Virus record (IMG/VR): IMGVR_UViG_3300034357_000123
Location: 1-26,695 of that record
Length of the DNA stretch: 26,695 nt
Strand: one strand, 5' to 3'
Origin: a virus
Taxonomy: Duplodnaviria > Caudoviricetes
Within the stretch, counting starts at the first letter, position 1. Every line of letters starts with the position of its first letter. The position numbers and the translations under genes are program-made. Under the pieces are notes generated by a model. The model saw nothing but the letters and a program-made list of their open reading frames with translations. It had not been told where the DNA came from and searched no databases. Below are positions 18,507-26,047 of the stretch, piece after piece.

Positions 18507-19274
18507 TTATACAACTCGTCTCATGAATATTGGTGTATTTTTATTTGTAAGAATACCAAACTCAGTATTCATTTGAGTGTAGTATTCTTTCTTGATTATT
18601 CGAATGGTACGTTTGGCCTCGTTTAATTCATTCTCATAATCATAATAGGTAACCTTATTACCGTATACTGTCTCAATTATTGTCTGTCCATCTATTGTTA
18701 GATTGGTTGGAGTAACATCTTGTATAGCCGCTATACTACCCGGACCTTCATAATAATCATGTGGCACATCAAGCGCATCATCGGTTAATCTTGTTTTATT
18801 AATTTTAAATCGGTTTTCAGTGGTTACCTGAGCTGATTGATTTTCTCGTATTACCACCTTCTCATAATGGTGAACAGAGGCATCATTTGTTAAATCTTGA
18901 GTCCATGCGATTACCTCATAATCTTCTGGTGTTCTTTCAAGGCCTAAGTCTTCTTTTGCCATACTACGATACTTATCTGCAATATATTTTGGAAAGACAG
19001 TTGAAGTCAGCGGCCAGTCATATTGAGCGTCTATCATATCATTGGCATATAATATCATCCAGTGAGCCTGTGGATCACCATATATCTTTGCCGCAAGTAT
19101 TTCTGGTGTATCGCCATCACGTATAATATAGCGTATATATGATGAAGAGTTGCTTAGAGCTTCACGAATAACAGAGGTACGGAACAAAAGGTTCCTAATT
19201 GTTTGGAAACTTGAATACTTAACACCTGATATATTATAGCGAATTATTGGAAATTTATCAAAAAAACTGCTCAT
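18507..19274 (-). CDS. gp53: Baseplate wedge subunit gp53 (LysM-like), 255 aa
   Basis: FFDKFPIIRY, YIIRDGDTPEILAAKIYGD...HWMILYAN...D..YDWPL, HHYE and YENELNEAKRTIRIIK. Confidence 0.9.
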   Translation of the reverse strand: MSSFFDKFPIIRYNISGVKYSSFQTIRNLLFRTSVIREALSNSSSYIRYIIRDGDTPEILAAKIYGDPQAHWMILYANDMIDAQYDWPLTSTVFPKYIADKYRSMAKEDLGLERTPEDYEVIAWTQDLTNDASVHHYEKVVIRENQSAQVTTENRFKINKTRLTDDALDVPHDYYEGPGSIAAIQDVTPTNLTIDGQTIIETVYGNKVTYYDYENELNEAKRTIRIIKKEYYTQMNTEFGILTNKNTPIFMRRVV

Positions 19275-19276
19275 TC

Positions 19277-20347
19277 TTAGAATCCTTGGAGAACGCGGCG
19301 CTTGTGGACAACTTCAATTTCTCTCATGCCTAAGCTTAGTCTTGCTGCTACTGGATGCCCGTTAGAGAATGTAGAATAAACACCCGTTGGTGCATAGTCT
19401 ACCTCAATACGATCCAGTACGCAGGTATTAATTCTTGGAATATTGGTATTTTCTACACCCTTATCAAAGAAGGTAATATCAAATTCAGCAGGTGGAATCC
19501 ATGTAAACCCAGCTGTGGTCGAATCAAGCTCGGGTGCTGCGTGATATCTGAGAGTGCGAATAATCGCTTTCATATTCTCGGACTCTTGCTCGTTTCTAGG
19601 TGCCATTAAAAATTCGAGAACAAACTGGCGCAAATTAGTTTTAGAAAATAATACCTCAACGCGCGGATTAATTGGATAACCTAACATGCTGGATATATTA
19701 CCTAAGCCATTTAAAGTGGAACTAACCAATGAACCGAGAGAGCCTCCGCTTTCGGCTCCGCGTCTACCACCAGCACGACCACCGACAAATTCACCAGCAA
19801 TACCAGCAGCACTAGATAATAGCCCGCCGGCCATACCAGTCAAACTGATTTCCTGGTATTCATTTGTTGTATTAAATATTACTGGATTGGGCATGAATAG
19901 TGCGATGGATTCTTTAATGCGGCGAGTATATCTCGGGATAGACAATGGTTCTCTTTGTAAAGCTCCATATCCTGTTACTGGACTGGTACCGCCTACATTA
20001 ACAGCATTACCAAAACGCAATGTGTCCACCTTCGAATACTCATTCTGCATTATATTTTGACCAAATTGAGCGCCACCATACGCTGATCTGGCTGAACCGG
20101 TACGAGCAAATACAGGCACGTTTATGTTTATCACTATATAATGACCAATATAATCATTGGCCAAATCAGATGGAAATACACGATATCTAAAATCGTATTC
20201 GGACTGACCCAGGGTATCATCATTAACATTATAACCAAATAATAAGTCACCAGCTCTTGTAATCGAATTATCAAGAACAGAAACAATATTCTGAGGCGCC
20301 CCTGTGATACCTTCGAATGCGTTCTGTAGATCGTCTAAAATTGACAT
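19277..20347 (-). CDS. gp48: Baseplate tail-tube cap gp48, 356 aa (start reassigned to MSILDD at 20347)
   Basis: IALFMP, INPRVEVLFSKTNLRQF..EF.MAPRN..ES..M..II..LRYHAAP, CVLDRIEVDYAP.G and LGMREIE. The longer ORF start at 20443 lies inside gp4 and upstream of the late promoter. Confidence 0.85.
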   Translation of the reverse strand: MSILDDLQNAFEGITGAPQNIVSVLDNSITRAGDLLFGYNVNDDTLGQSEYDFRYRVFPSDLANDYIGHYIVININVPVFARTGSARSAYGGAQFGQNIMQNEYSKVDTLRFGNAVNVGGTSPVTGYGALQREPLSIPRYTRRIKESIALFMPNPVIFNTTNEYQEISLTGMAGGLLSSAAGIAGEFVGGRAGGRRGAESGGSLGSLVSSTLNGLGNISSMLGYPINPRVEVLFSKTNLRQFVLEFLMAPRNEQESENMKAIIRTLRYHAAPELDSTTAGFTWIPPAEFDITFFDKGVENTNIPRINTCVLDRIEVDYAPTGVYSTFSNGHPVAARLSLGMREIEVVHKRRVLQGF

Positions 20348-20375
20348 TGAATTGTCCCTGGAATTGTTTTCTATA

Positions 20376-20383
20376 TATTTATA
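20376..20383 (-). promoter_or_regulatory. T4-type late promoter TATAAATA for the gp48-led operon
   Basis: Exact consensus, 28 nt upstream of the gp48 ATG. Confidence 0.75.
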
Positions 20384-20823
20384 TGAAAACTTACAAGGGC
20401 AGATATAGCCCAAAGCACCCGGAAAAATATAAAGGCGACCCAACGGGAATAATATACCGTTCTTTATGGGAACGAAAGCTAATGGTATATTTGGATGAGA
20501 ACAAATCGATTATTCAGTGGTCATCTGAGGAAATAGCAATACCATATATATCACCACTGGATAATAGGTACCATAGGTATTTCCCTGACTTCTATATAAA
20601 GGCTATCGATAAGAATGGTAATATCACAGAACAACTATTGGAAGTAAAGCCCAAGAAAGAAACAACTGAACCCAAGAAAAAGAAGCGTATTACCAAACAG
20701 TACATTACTGAGGTAACTACATGGGGCAAGAATCAAGCTAAATGGAAAGCAGCAGAAGAATACTGCTTAGACAGAGGATGGCAGTTCAAGCTTATTACTG
20801 AGACTGAATTAGGTATCAAATAG
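20383..20823 (+). CDS. gp4: Head completion protein gp4 (TnsA-like PD-(D/E)xK nuclease fold), 146 aa (start reassigned to MKTYKG at 20383)
   Basis: YKGRYSPKHPEKYKGDPT.IIYRSLWE, WSSEE..IPY.SP.D...HRYFPDF, EVKP and NQAKWKAA...C...GWQF...TE. Confidence 0.92.
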   Translation: MKTYKGRYSPKHPEKYKGDPTGIIYRSLWERKLMVYLDENKSIIQWSSEEIAIPYISPLDNRYHRYFPDFYIKAIDKNGNITEQLLEVKPKKETTEPKKKKRITKQYITEVTTWGKNQAKWKAAEEYCLDRGWQFKLITETELGIK

Positions 20824-20850
20824 TATTATTCATTCATACAACACATAGCC

Positions 20851-20879
20851 ATTATATAGTCATGTCAAGTGGCTGTCAA
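20851..20879 (-). promoter_or_regulatory. Sigma70-consensus promoter oriented antisense to gp4
   Basis: The minus strand reads TTGACA (20879-20874), 17 nt, TATAAT (20856-20851). Activity is not demonstrated. Confidence 0.65.
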
Positions 20880-20883
20880 GTGA

Positions 20884-20891
20884 AATAAATA
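20884..20891 (+). promoter_or_regulatory. Putative late promoter (AATAAATA) 5 nt upstream of the gp2 ATG
   Basis: Reads AATAAATA-CAATT-ATG, with no SD. Confidence 0.55.
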
Positions 20892-20896
20892 CAATT

Positions 20897-21400
20897 ATGG
20901 CAAAAAATTATACTTCACAAGAAATCGGCAATTGGATGACGGGCAAGGCCAAGAGTGCTTCTGGCTACCGTACCAAAATCATGTCTAATAATGAGCGCAA
21001 TAGAGACGGCACCGTAATAGGTAAAATGTACTTTTTCTGGTACGATCCAAAGCACAAAGCCACCCTTCCAATGTACGATAGATTTCCCTTGGTATTTCCT
21101 ATTGAGCGTTATCCAGATGGCTTTTTAGGCCTTAATCTGCATTATCTCTCATTTGGAGAGCGTAGCGCACTATTAAATAATATGATGAAATTCCGTAATA
21201 ATAACCACATGAATGCCACCACCAAGCTCCGTGTCACATATGACTTATTAAATAGCACCAGCAAAATAGCTGGTGCAATGCGCCCATGCATTAAGAGATA
21301 TCTATTCACACAGGTCAGATCGTCCTTTGTTGAAGTCACAGCGGATGAATGGGATAAGGCCATGCAATTGCCTGTCGCAGCATGGGTTTCAAAAGGATAG
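20897..21400 (+). CDS. gp2: DNA end protector protein gp2, 167 aa
   Basis: IGKMYFFWYDPKHKATLPMYDRFPLVFP....DGFLGLNLHYL, CIKRYL..QVRS and EW..A..LP. Confidence 0.92.
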   Translation: MAKNYTSQEIGNWMTGKAKSASGYRTKIMSNNERNRDGTVIGKMYFFWYDPKHKATLPMYDRFPLVFPIERYPDGFLGLNLHYLSFGERSALLNNMMKFRNNNHMNATTKLRVTYDLLNSTSKIAGAMRPCIKRYLFTQVRSSFVEVTADEWDKAMQLPVAAWVSKG

Positions 21401-21406
21401 AAATAA

Positions 21407-22060
21407 ATGCCCAGTTTTAAAATAGATAATCAACCAAGATATTTAAGAATGCAGGACTTCTATGCTTATTCCAGTGCTTTTCAAAGCCTGGCTAAGTCAT
21501 GTCGATTTGCCATACAGATCACTCCAAGTGGTATTAATTCGACATTGAATAAGCTTGGGTATGGTGATTTTATGAGACAATTCACATATCTATGCGAATC
21601 AGCAGAGTTCCCTGGTCGTGGCTTTGATATGGCAGATATGAGATATTATGGTCCAAGCTTCAAGATACCATACCAGTCCGACTACCAAGAAACAGCTATG
21701 ACATTCCTATGCCGTACGGACTCATATGAAAGACAATTCTTTGATGATTGGATGGAAATAATTAATCCAACCAATACATTTGACTTTGCTTATAAGGATA
21801 ATTATAAGTGCGAGATTAATATGTTTCAATTTAGCGAACAAGCTGCAACATCAGGCCAGACAGAACCGCTGGCTACCTATGCATGGACTCTACATGATGC
21901 ATGGCCTGTCCTTGTTAATCCACAGCCAGTCACATGGGCAGACGATAATTTCCAACGTCTGGCTATTTCTTTTACATATACCAAGTGGACTCGTAAGAAT
22001 AGAGATCCAAAATCAGGAACATTTAAATTAGTGAGAGACGGATCAAACGTTCGAGTTTAA
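21407..22060 (+). CDS. gp54: Baseplate tail-tube initiator gp54 (gp19-like tube fold), 217 aa
   Basis: LCESAEFPGR, YGP..KIPY, ERQFFDDWM..I and L.DAWP.....Q...W....FQRLAISFTY..W. Lies between gp2 and gp26. Confidence 0.7.
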   Translation: MPSFKIDNQPRYLRMQDFYAYSSAFQSLAKSCRFAIQITPSGINSTLNKLGYGDFMRQFTYLCESAEFPGRGFDMADMRYYGPSFKIPYQSDYQETAMTFLCRTDSYERQFFDDWMEIINPTNTFDFAYKDNYKCEINMFQFSEQAATSGQTEPLATYAWTLHDAWPVLVNPQPVTWADDNFQRLAISFTYTKWTRKNRDPKSGTFKLVRDGSNVRV

Positions 22061-22078
22061 TATAAAGGATGAAAATAT

Positions 22079-22804
22079 ATGACTATACCTAAAATTGATG
22101 TGCCGATTTATGATATTACCTTGCCATCGACTGGTAAGACTATTAAGATTCGACCATTTCTGGTAAAAGAAGAAAAGCTTTTATTAATGGCAATCGAATC
22201 AGGAGACAATGAGAATATCATCAAGACCACTAAGCAAGTAATCAATAACTGTATTGTGTCTGGTGATCTTGACTTAGAAAAGATACCATTCTTTGATGTG
22301 GATTACCTGTTTATAGCACTGAGAGCCAAGTCTATCGGTGAGAATATTGAGACTTCCTATATCTGTAATAATCTGGTAGATGGTATTAAATGCGGTGGTG
22401 TATTTGAAGCTGTTATTGACATATCCAATTGCGTCATCGAAAAGAATGATGAAATTAGTATGGATATTACTCTATCAAATAAGATCGACATTAAGATGAA
22501 ATATCCATCTTATTCTATTATGAAAACAATTACGGGCAATGAAAGTAATTTTCAAAAGAAAATCAGAGTTATTTCCAGCTGTATTGAGCGAATTACCTCA
22601 GGCGATAAGACATACTCAAGCAAGGATTTCTCAAAGGAAGAACTGGTAGAATTTATTGAGGGTCTTACAAGTGAGCAGTATGTTAAGCTGGAAAAATTCG
22701 TAGATAATCTACCTTCGTTTGCTATTAAATCTGGTGGTGTATGTGGTAAGTGCGGATTCAAGCATGAGATAAAGTACACGGAATTTACCCGTTTTTTTCA
22801 ATAA
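22079..22804 (+). CDS. gp26: Baseplate hub assembly protein gp26, 241 aa
   Basis: IPKIDVPIYDITLPSTGKTIKIRPFLVKEEKLLLMA, FDVDYLFIALRAKSIGE, MKYP, CGKCG and a terminal FF. Confidence 0.88.
   Translation: MTIPKIDVPIYDITLPSTGKTIKIRPFLVKEEKLLLMAIESGDNENIIKTTKQVINNCIVSGDLDLEKIPFFDVDYLFIALRAKSIGENIETSYICNNLVDGIKCGGVFEAVIDISNCVIEKNDEISMDITLSNKIDIKMKYPSYSIMKTITGNESNFQKKIRVISSCIERITSGDKTYSSKDFSKEELVEFIEGLTSEQYVKLEKFVDNLPSFAIKSGGVCGKCGFKHEIKYTEFTRFFQ
22792..22798 (+). other. Candidate -1 ribosomal frameshift slippery heptamer T TTT TTT
   Basis: Reads CGT TTT TTT CAA TAA in the gp26 frame. The -1 frame continues TCA ATA ATG into the gp51-like ORF. Confidence 0.5.
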
Positions 22805-23007
22805 TGCTTGGCCATGACAAACTAATGAATCATTATAAGACTAACTTTGCACTCATGCAGTTCCATAAGTATAGTCTTACCGAATTAGAGGGAATGATTC
22901 CTTGGGAAAGATTTATATACGTTGATTTGCTCAAAGAACACCTAAAAGAACAAGAGCAGAAAAATCGTGACCAAGCAGCAACATTTAAGAAAGCACAGAG
23001 AAGATAA
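22804..23007 (+). CDS. gp51: Baseplate hub assembly catalyst gp51-like ORF, 67 aa (possibly the frameshift extension of gp26)
   Basis: L.NHYKTNFALMQFHKYSLTELEGMIPWERFIYVDLL is the short gp51 signature of T4-like phages. TAATG overlap with gp26. Confidence 0.85.
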   Translation: MLGHDKLMNHYKTNFALMQFHKYSLTELEGMIPWERFIYVDLLKEHLKEQEQKNRDQAATFKKAQRR

Positions 23008-25014
23008 ATGGCATTCAATCTAGAAGGTATGACAGTCGATTATAAAACCATGTATCGTATGGTACCATCGGATCGATTTGCAGTGGCTCAAAGCGGCATA
23101 GCTAATGATCTATTGTCTTCTTTGACTCCGGGTCAATTAGCTAATCTATTTCCTAGATATTATAGTAATAGACTTCCAGATATAGGCAATTCAGGATCTA
23201 CATCAGCCCTTGGAGGTGCTTTGTCTGGAGGCACCTCATTTGGTAGTGGCGGCGGCGGTTCATACTCTCCCGCATCTGCCGGTGGTTCAGCAGCACCATC
23301 TAAAACAGCGCAGCAAATGGCAGTAGAAAGAATCCTATCAGAACATGGTATTACAGCTAAAACAGAATCCACAACTCTCACTGGTAAAGAAGGACAAGTT
23401 TTAGCTACTATCAGACACCGCGAATCAGGCGGGAATTATGCTATTGAAAGTAAATCATCCAGCGCATCTGGTGCTTATCAGTTTATCGATTCTACATGGC
23501 AAACTCTTACAGCAAAATATGGAGTTGGTACAGAATATGGTAGAGCAGCATGGGCACCTCCAGCAGTCCAAGATGCCGTAGCAAAAGCTTATGTAAAAGA
23601 AATTTTAGCTCAAAATGGCGGTGATATATCCAAAGTGCCTCTGGTCTGGTATACAGGCAATGCTCAAGGTCAAATGTCAGCTCAAGCTTTGGCTGTGAAT
23701 GGCGGTCTAACTCCACAGAGATATCAATCCAATTGGATGAATGACTTTAGTAAGTTTGCAAACATTGCAGAAATCGAATCGTCGGTTGATGATATCAAGA
23801 GACTTGAAGACTTGAAAGCCGAATTGATACCTCTTTCTGAGGAAATCAGAAGTCAACTGGATGCCAAGACGCTTGAGATATACGATAGAGGATCCAATGA
23901 GCAGAAGTGGAATATTGAACAGGCTATTAAAATAGCTGGCGTTCAAGGATTTAATCAAGAATTGAGTAGACATCCTATCAATGAAGCAACAGTCACAGCC
24001 ACCTCTGAGAGATTTTCTGTATTGAGAGGCAACATCGATGAGGTAAATCCAAAGCTCCAGAATGTTATTAATGCTGCTTCTGGTGATTTACCTCCTGGTT
24101 ATAGTGTTAAAGCTATCTCAGGTAAAGATTCCCGACTAAGAACAGGAACACAGAACCATCCTGCAGGTCTAGCAATGGATGTGCAGATATATGATGGTGA
24201 TGGAAACTTAATTCCTCATAATAGCAACAGTCCTGGTTGGAAATATTATGAGATGTTATATAGATCCGCGCACATTCGTGGTCAGCAAATGTACCCAGAT
24301 GATAAGTTTATTTGGGGCGGCGCTTGGATATCGGATGCTGCTGGTCGCGGTGATCCTATGCATTATCAGATTGTGGATCCATCTGTGCGCGGATCATCAA
24401 CTTCATCTGGTAGATATTCTTTTGATAATGGTCTAGACCCATCACATCCATTTGTTAGAGAGGGTGGACAATTAAGCGCAAAAGAAAGAGAAGACTATGA
24501 CGCTTCCGTATTGGCCAGAATTCAAGCTGAAAGAAATGCATCCGATCCTGTAACAGCCGCTCAGAGTAATATGCAGTTACCTCCTTCGCCAGTTCCTGCG
24601 GAAACACCACCACCTCCTCCTGCACTATCAGCTGGTGGTACTGTAGAAATGACTCCTGGTGAGAACATTGCTGGCATCAATACAACAACTGGTAAAGTCG
24701 AGTTTATGAGTAATGATAGGGAATTGTATACCAAAGATGACCAGGGCAATCTCCGAGTTGATCCTTCTACCATTAGACAGGAAGATCAAAAGACTCAAAC
24801 AGCGCCTGCTGAACCACAAAGAATGGAAATGCCAAATCAATCTATACAATCAAAACCACAACAGCCAATGCCAGTAAGTACACCTGATCCAAACTTCTTA
24901 GACACAATGTCCTCTGGTTCAATGGCATCATCACCATCACAATTGAGAGCATTGAACAGAGCAAAGCTTTACAGTGAAAATAGTGGTAGTTTAGTCAACG
25001 GCCACTTCTCATAA
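23008..25014 (+). CDS. Virion-associated peptidoglycan hydrolase (lysozyme-like transglycosylase plus M15-like Zn peptidase) at the tape-measure/hub position, 668 aa
   Basis: IRHRESGGNY....SSASGAYQFIDSTW (catalytic Glu, codon 23422-23424). NHPAGLAMD...WGGAW...DPMHYQ (H-x6-D and D-x2-H). Gly/Ser and Pro-rich linkers. Confidence 0.7.
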   Translation: MAFNLEGMTVDYKTMYRMVPSDRFAVAQSGIANDLLSSLTPGQLANLFPRYYSNRLPDIGNSGSTSALGGALSGGTSFGSGGGGSYSPASAGGSAAPSKTAQQMAVERILSEHGITAKTESTTLTGKEGQVLATIRHRESGGNYAIESKSSSASGAYQFIDSTWQTLTAKYGVGTEYGRAAWAPPAVQDAVAKAYVKEILAQNGGDISKVPLVWYTGNAQGQMSAQALAVNGGLTPQRYQSNWMNDFSKFANIAEIESSVDDIKRLEDLKAELIPLSEEIRSQLDAKTLEIYDRGSNEQKWNIEQAIKIAGVQGFNQELSRHPINEATVTATSERFSVLRGNIDEVNPKLQNVINAASGDLPPGYSVKAISGKDSRLRTGTQNHPAGLAMDVQIYDGDGNLIPHNSNSPGWKYYEMLYRSAHIRGQQMYPDDKFIWGGAWISDAAGRGDPMHYQIVDPSVRGSSTSSGRYSFDNGLDPSHPFVREGGQLSAKEREDYDASVLARIQAERNASDPVTAAQSNMQLPPSPVPAETPPPPPALSAGGTVEMTPGENIAGINTTTGKVEFMSNDRELYTKDDQGNLRVDPSTIRQEDQKTQTAPAEPQRMEMPNQSIQSKPQQPMPVSTPDPNFLDTMSSGSMASSPSQLRALNRAKLYSENSGSLVNGHFS

Positions 25015-25044
25015 TAAAAAAGGGCAGCCGCGAAGCTGCCCTTT
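25015..25044 (-). terminator. Intrinsic terminator between convergent genes (strong for gp32, possibly bidirectional)
   Basis: AAAGGGCAGC-cgcgaa-GCTGCCCTTT, a perfect 10-bp inverted repeat (25019-25044). There is a U6 tract on the minus strand and only U3 on the plus strand. Confidence 0.85.
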
Positions 25045-25061
25045 CTACTCTCACGCTGCAA

Positions 25062-25985
25062 TTATTCGTCTGCAAGACCCTTGAAGTAGTTAAGGTCTTC
25101 GTCCTCAGTATCAAATGGCACATCATCTGCGACAGACTTACGAGCCTTTGCAGCCTCGAAGTTTGGCTTCTGAGTAACAGAATCGGTGATCTGGTCCTTG
25201 ACAGGAGCATCAGCCGAGCCGAGAGTTGCGCCAAGAACGTCCTCGAGCTTCCGCTTGAGTTCGTCGTATGACTTGAAGTTCTTAGGATCCAGAACTTCCT
25301 TGAGAGAATGCTCGGACTTCCAAATCTTCTCAAGCTCTGCGTCATCATCAAGCAGAGGACCAGGAGTGTCAAACGATGAGGTATCGTAGTTGACATAACC
25401 AGCGACCATCTTAGAACGGAGCTTGAAGTTAGCACCAGACCAGAAATCGAACGGGTTGAGAGGCTTGTCGCCTTCATACTCGGGATTCATAGCAGAGGTG
25501 AGCTTGTCGAAAATCTTCTTGCCGAACTTGTACAAGAAGACCTTGCCTTCGTTAGCAGGATTAGAAGGATCCTTCACCACATAGATGTTAGCAACATAGT
25601 GGAGACGGCGCTTCTGCTCACGGGCTTGCTTACGCTGCCATGAGTTTTCATCGCTTGAAGCATTCCAAAGTTGAGAGTTGAATTCGGACACAGGATCCTT
25701 TTGTCCGAGAGAGGTAAGCGAGTTCTCAATGAACCACTTACCGGTGGGGCCCTTGAAGCCATGATCGAAATAGCGAATCCAAGGAAGAGCATCATCGCCA
25801 TCTACTGCGGGTGCAGGCAGGAAGCGAAAGACCGCCATGCCGTTGCCGGCCTTATCGCGGTTGAGCTTCCAATAGCGTTCATCTTCCGCACGGCCTTCGC
25901 CCTGAGGTTGATTGATCTTTTCGATTTCCTTGGTAAGACGACCAATATCGGCCGAAGACTTCTTGAGGGATGCAAAGTTTGACAT
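25062..25985 (-). CDS. gp32: Single-stranded DNA-binding protein gp32, 307 aa (start reassigned to MSNFASLKK at 25985)
   Basis: DERYWKL..DKAGNGMAVFRFLPA, HGFKGPTGKWFIENS, NIYVVKDPSNPANEGKVFLYKFGKKIFDK, NPFDFWSGANFKL and an acidic tail. GGAG SD at 25997-25994. Confidence 0.95.
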   Translation of the reverse strand: MSNFASLKKSSADIGRLTKEIEKINQPQGEGRAEDERYWKLNRDKAGNGMAVFRFLPAPAVDGDDALPWIRYFDHGFKGPTGKWFIENSLTSLGQKDPVSEFNSQLWNASSDENSWQRKQAREQKRRLHYVANIYVVKDPSNPANEGKVFLYKFGKKIFDKLTSAMNPEYEGDKPLNPFDFWSGANFKLRSKMVAGYVNYDTSSFDTPGPLLDDDAELEKIWKSEHSLKEVLDPKNFKSYDELKRKLEDVLGATLGSADAPVKDQITDSVTQKPNFEAAKARKSVADDVPFDTEDEDLNYFKGLADE

Positions 25986-26018
25986 TGTATGTTCTCCGTA
26001 TGACAGTGTATGTTGAGT

Positions 26019-26047
26019 ATAATAGCACAGGAATCTCCCTGTGTCAA
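26019..26047 (-). promoter_or_regulatory. Sigma70-type (early/middle) promoter of gp32
   Basis: TTGACA (26047-26042), 17 nt, TATTAT (26024-26019), with a TG extended -10. Confidence 0.75.

Noticed and set aside
20317-20443. Long overlapping N-terminal extensions of gp48 and gp4 in the ORF track
   Set aside because: gp4 family motifs begin at 20383. The gp48 extension would overlap gp4 and lie upstream of its late promoter.
20383-20823. TnsA-like nuclease suggesting a transposon or homing endonuclease
   Set aside because: Motifs and synteny fit core gp4. There are no terminal repeats, other transposition genes or intron context.
24995-25477. 160-aa alternative-frame ORF overlapping gp32
   Set aside because: It is a Ser/Leu/Arg/Thr-rich shadow of biased codon usage and runs through the terminator.
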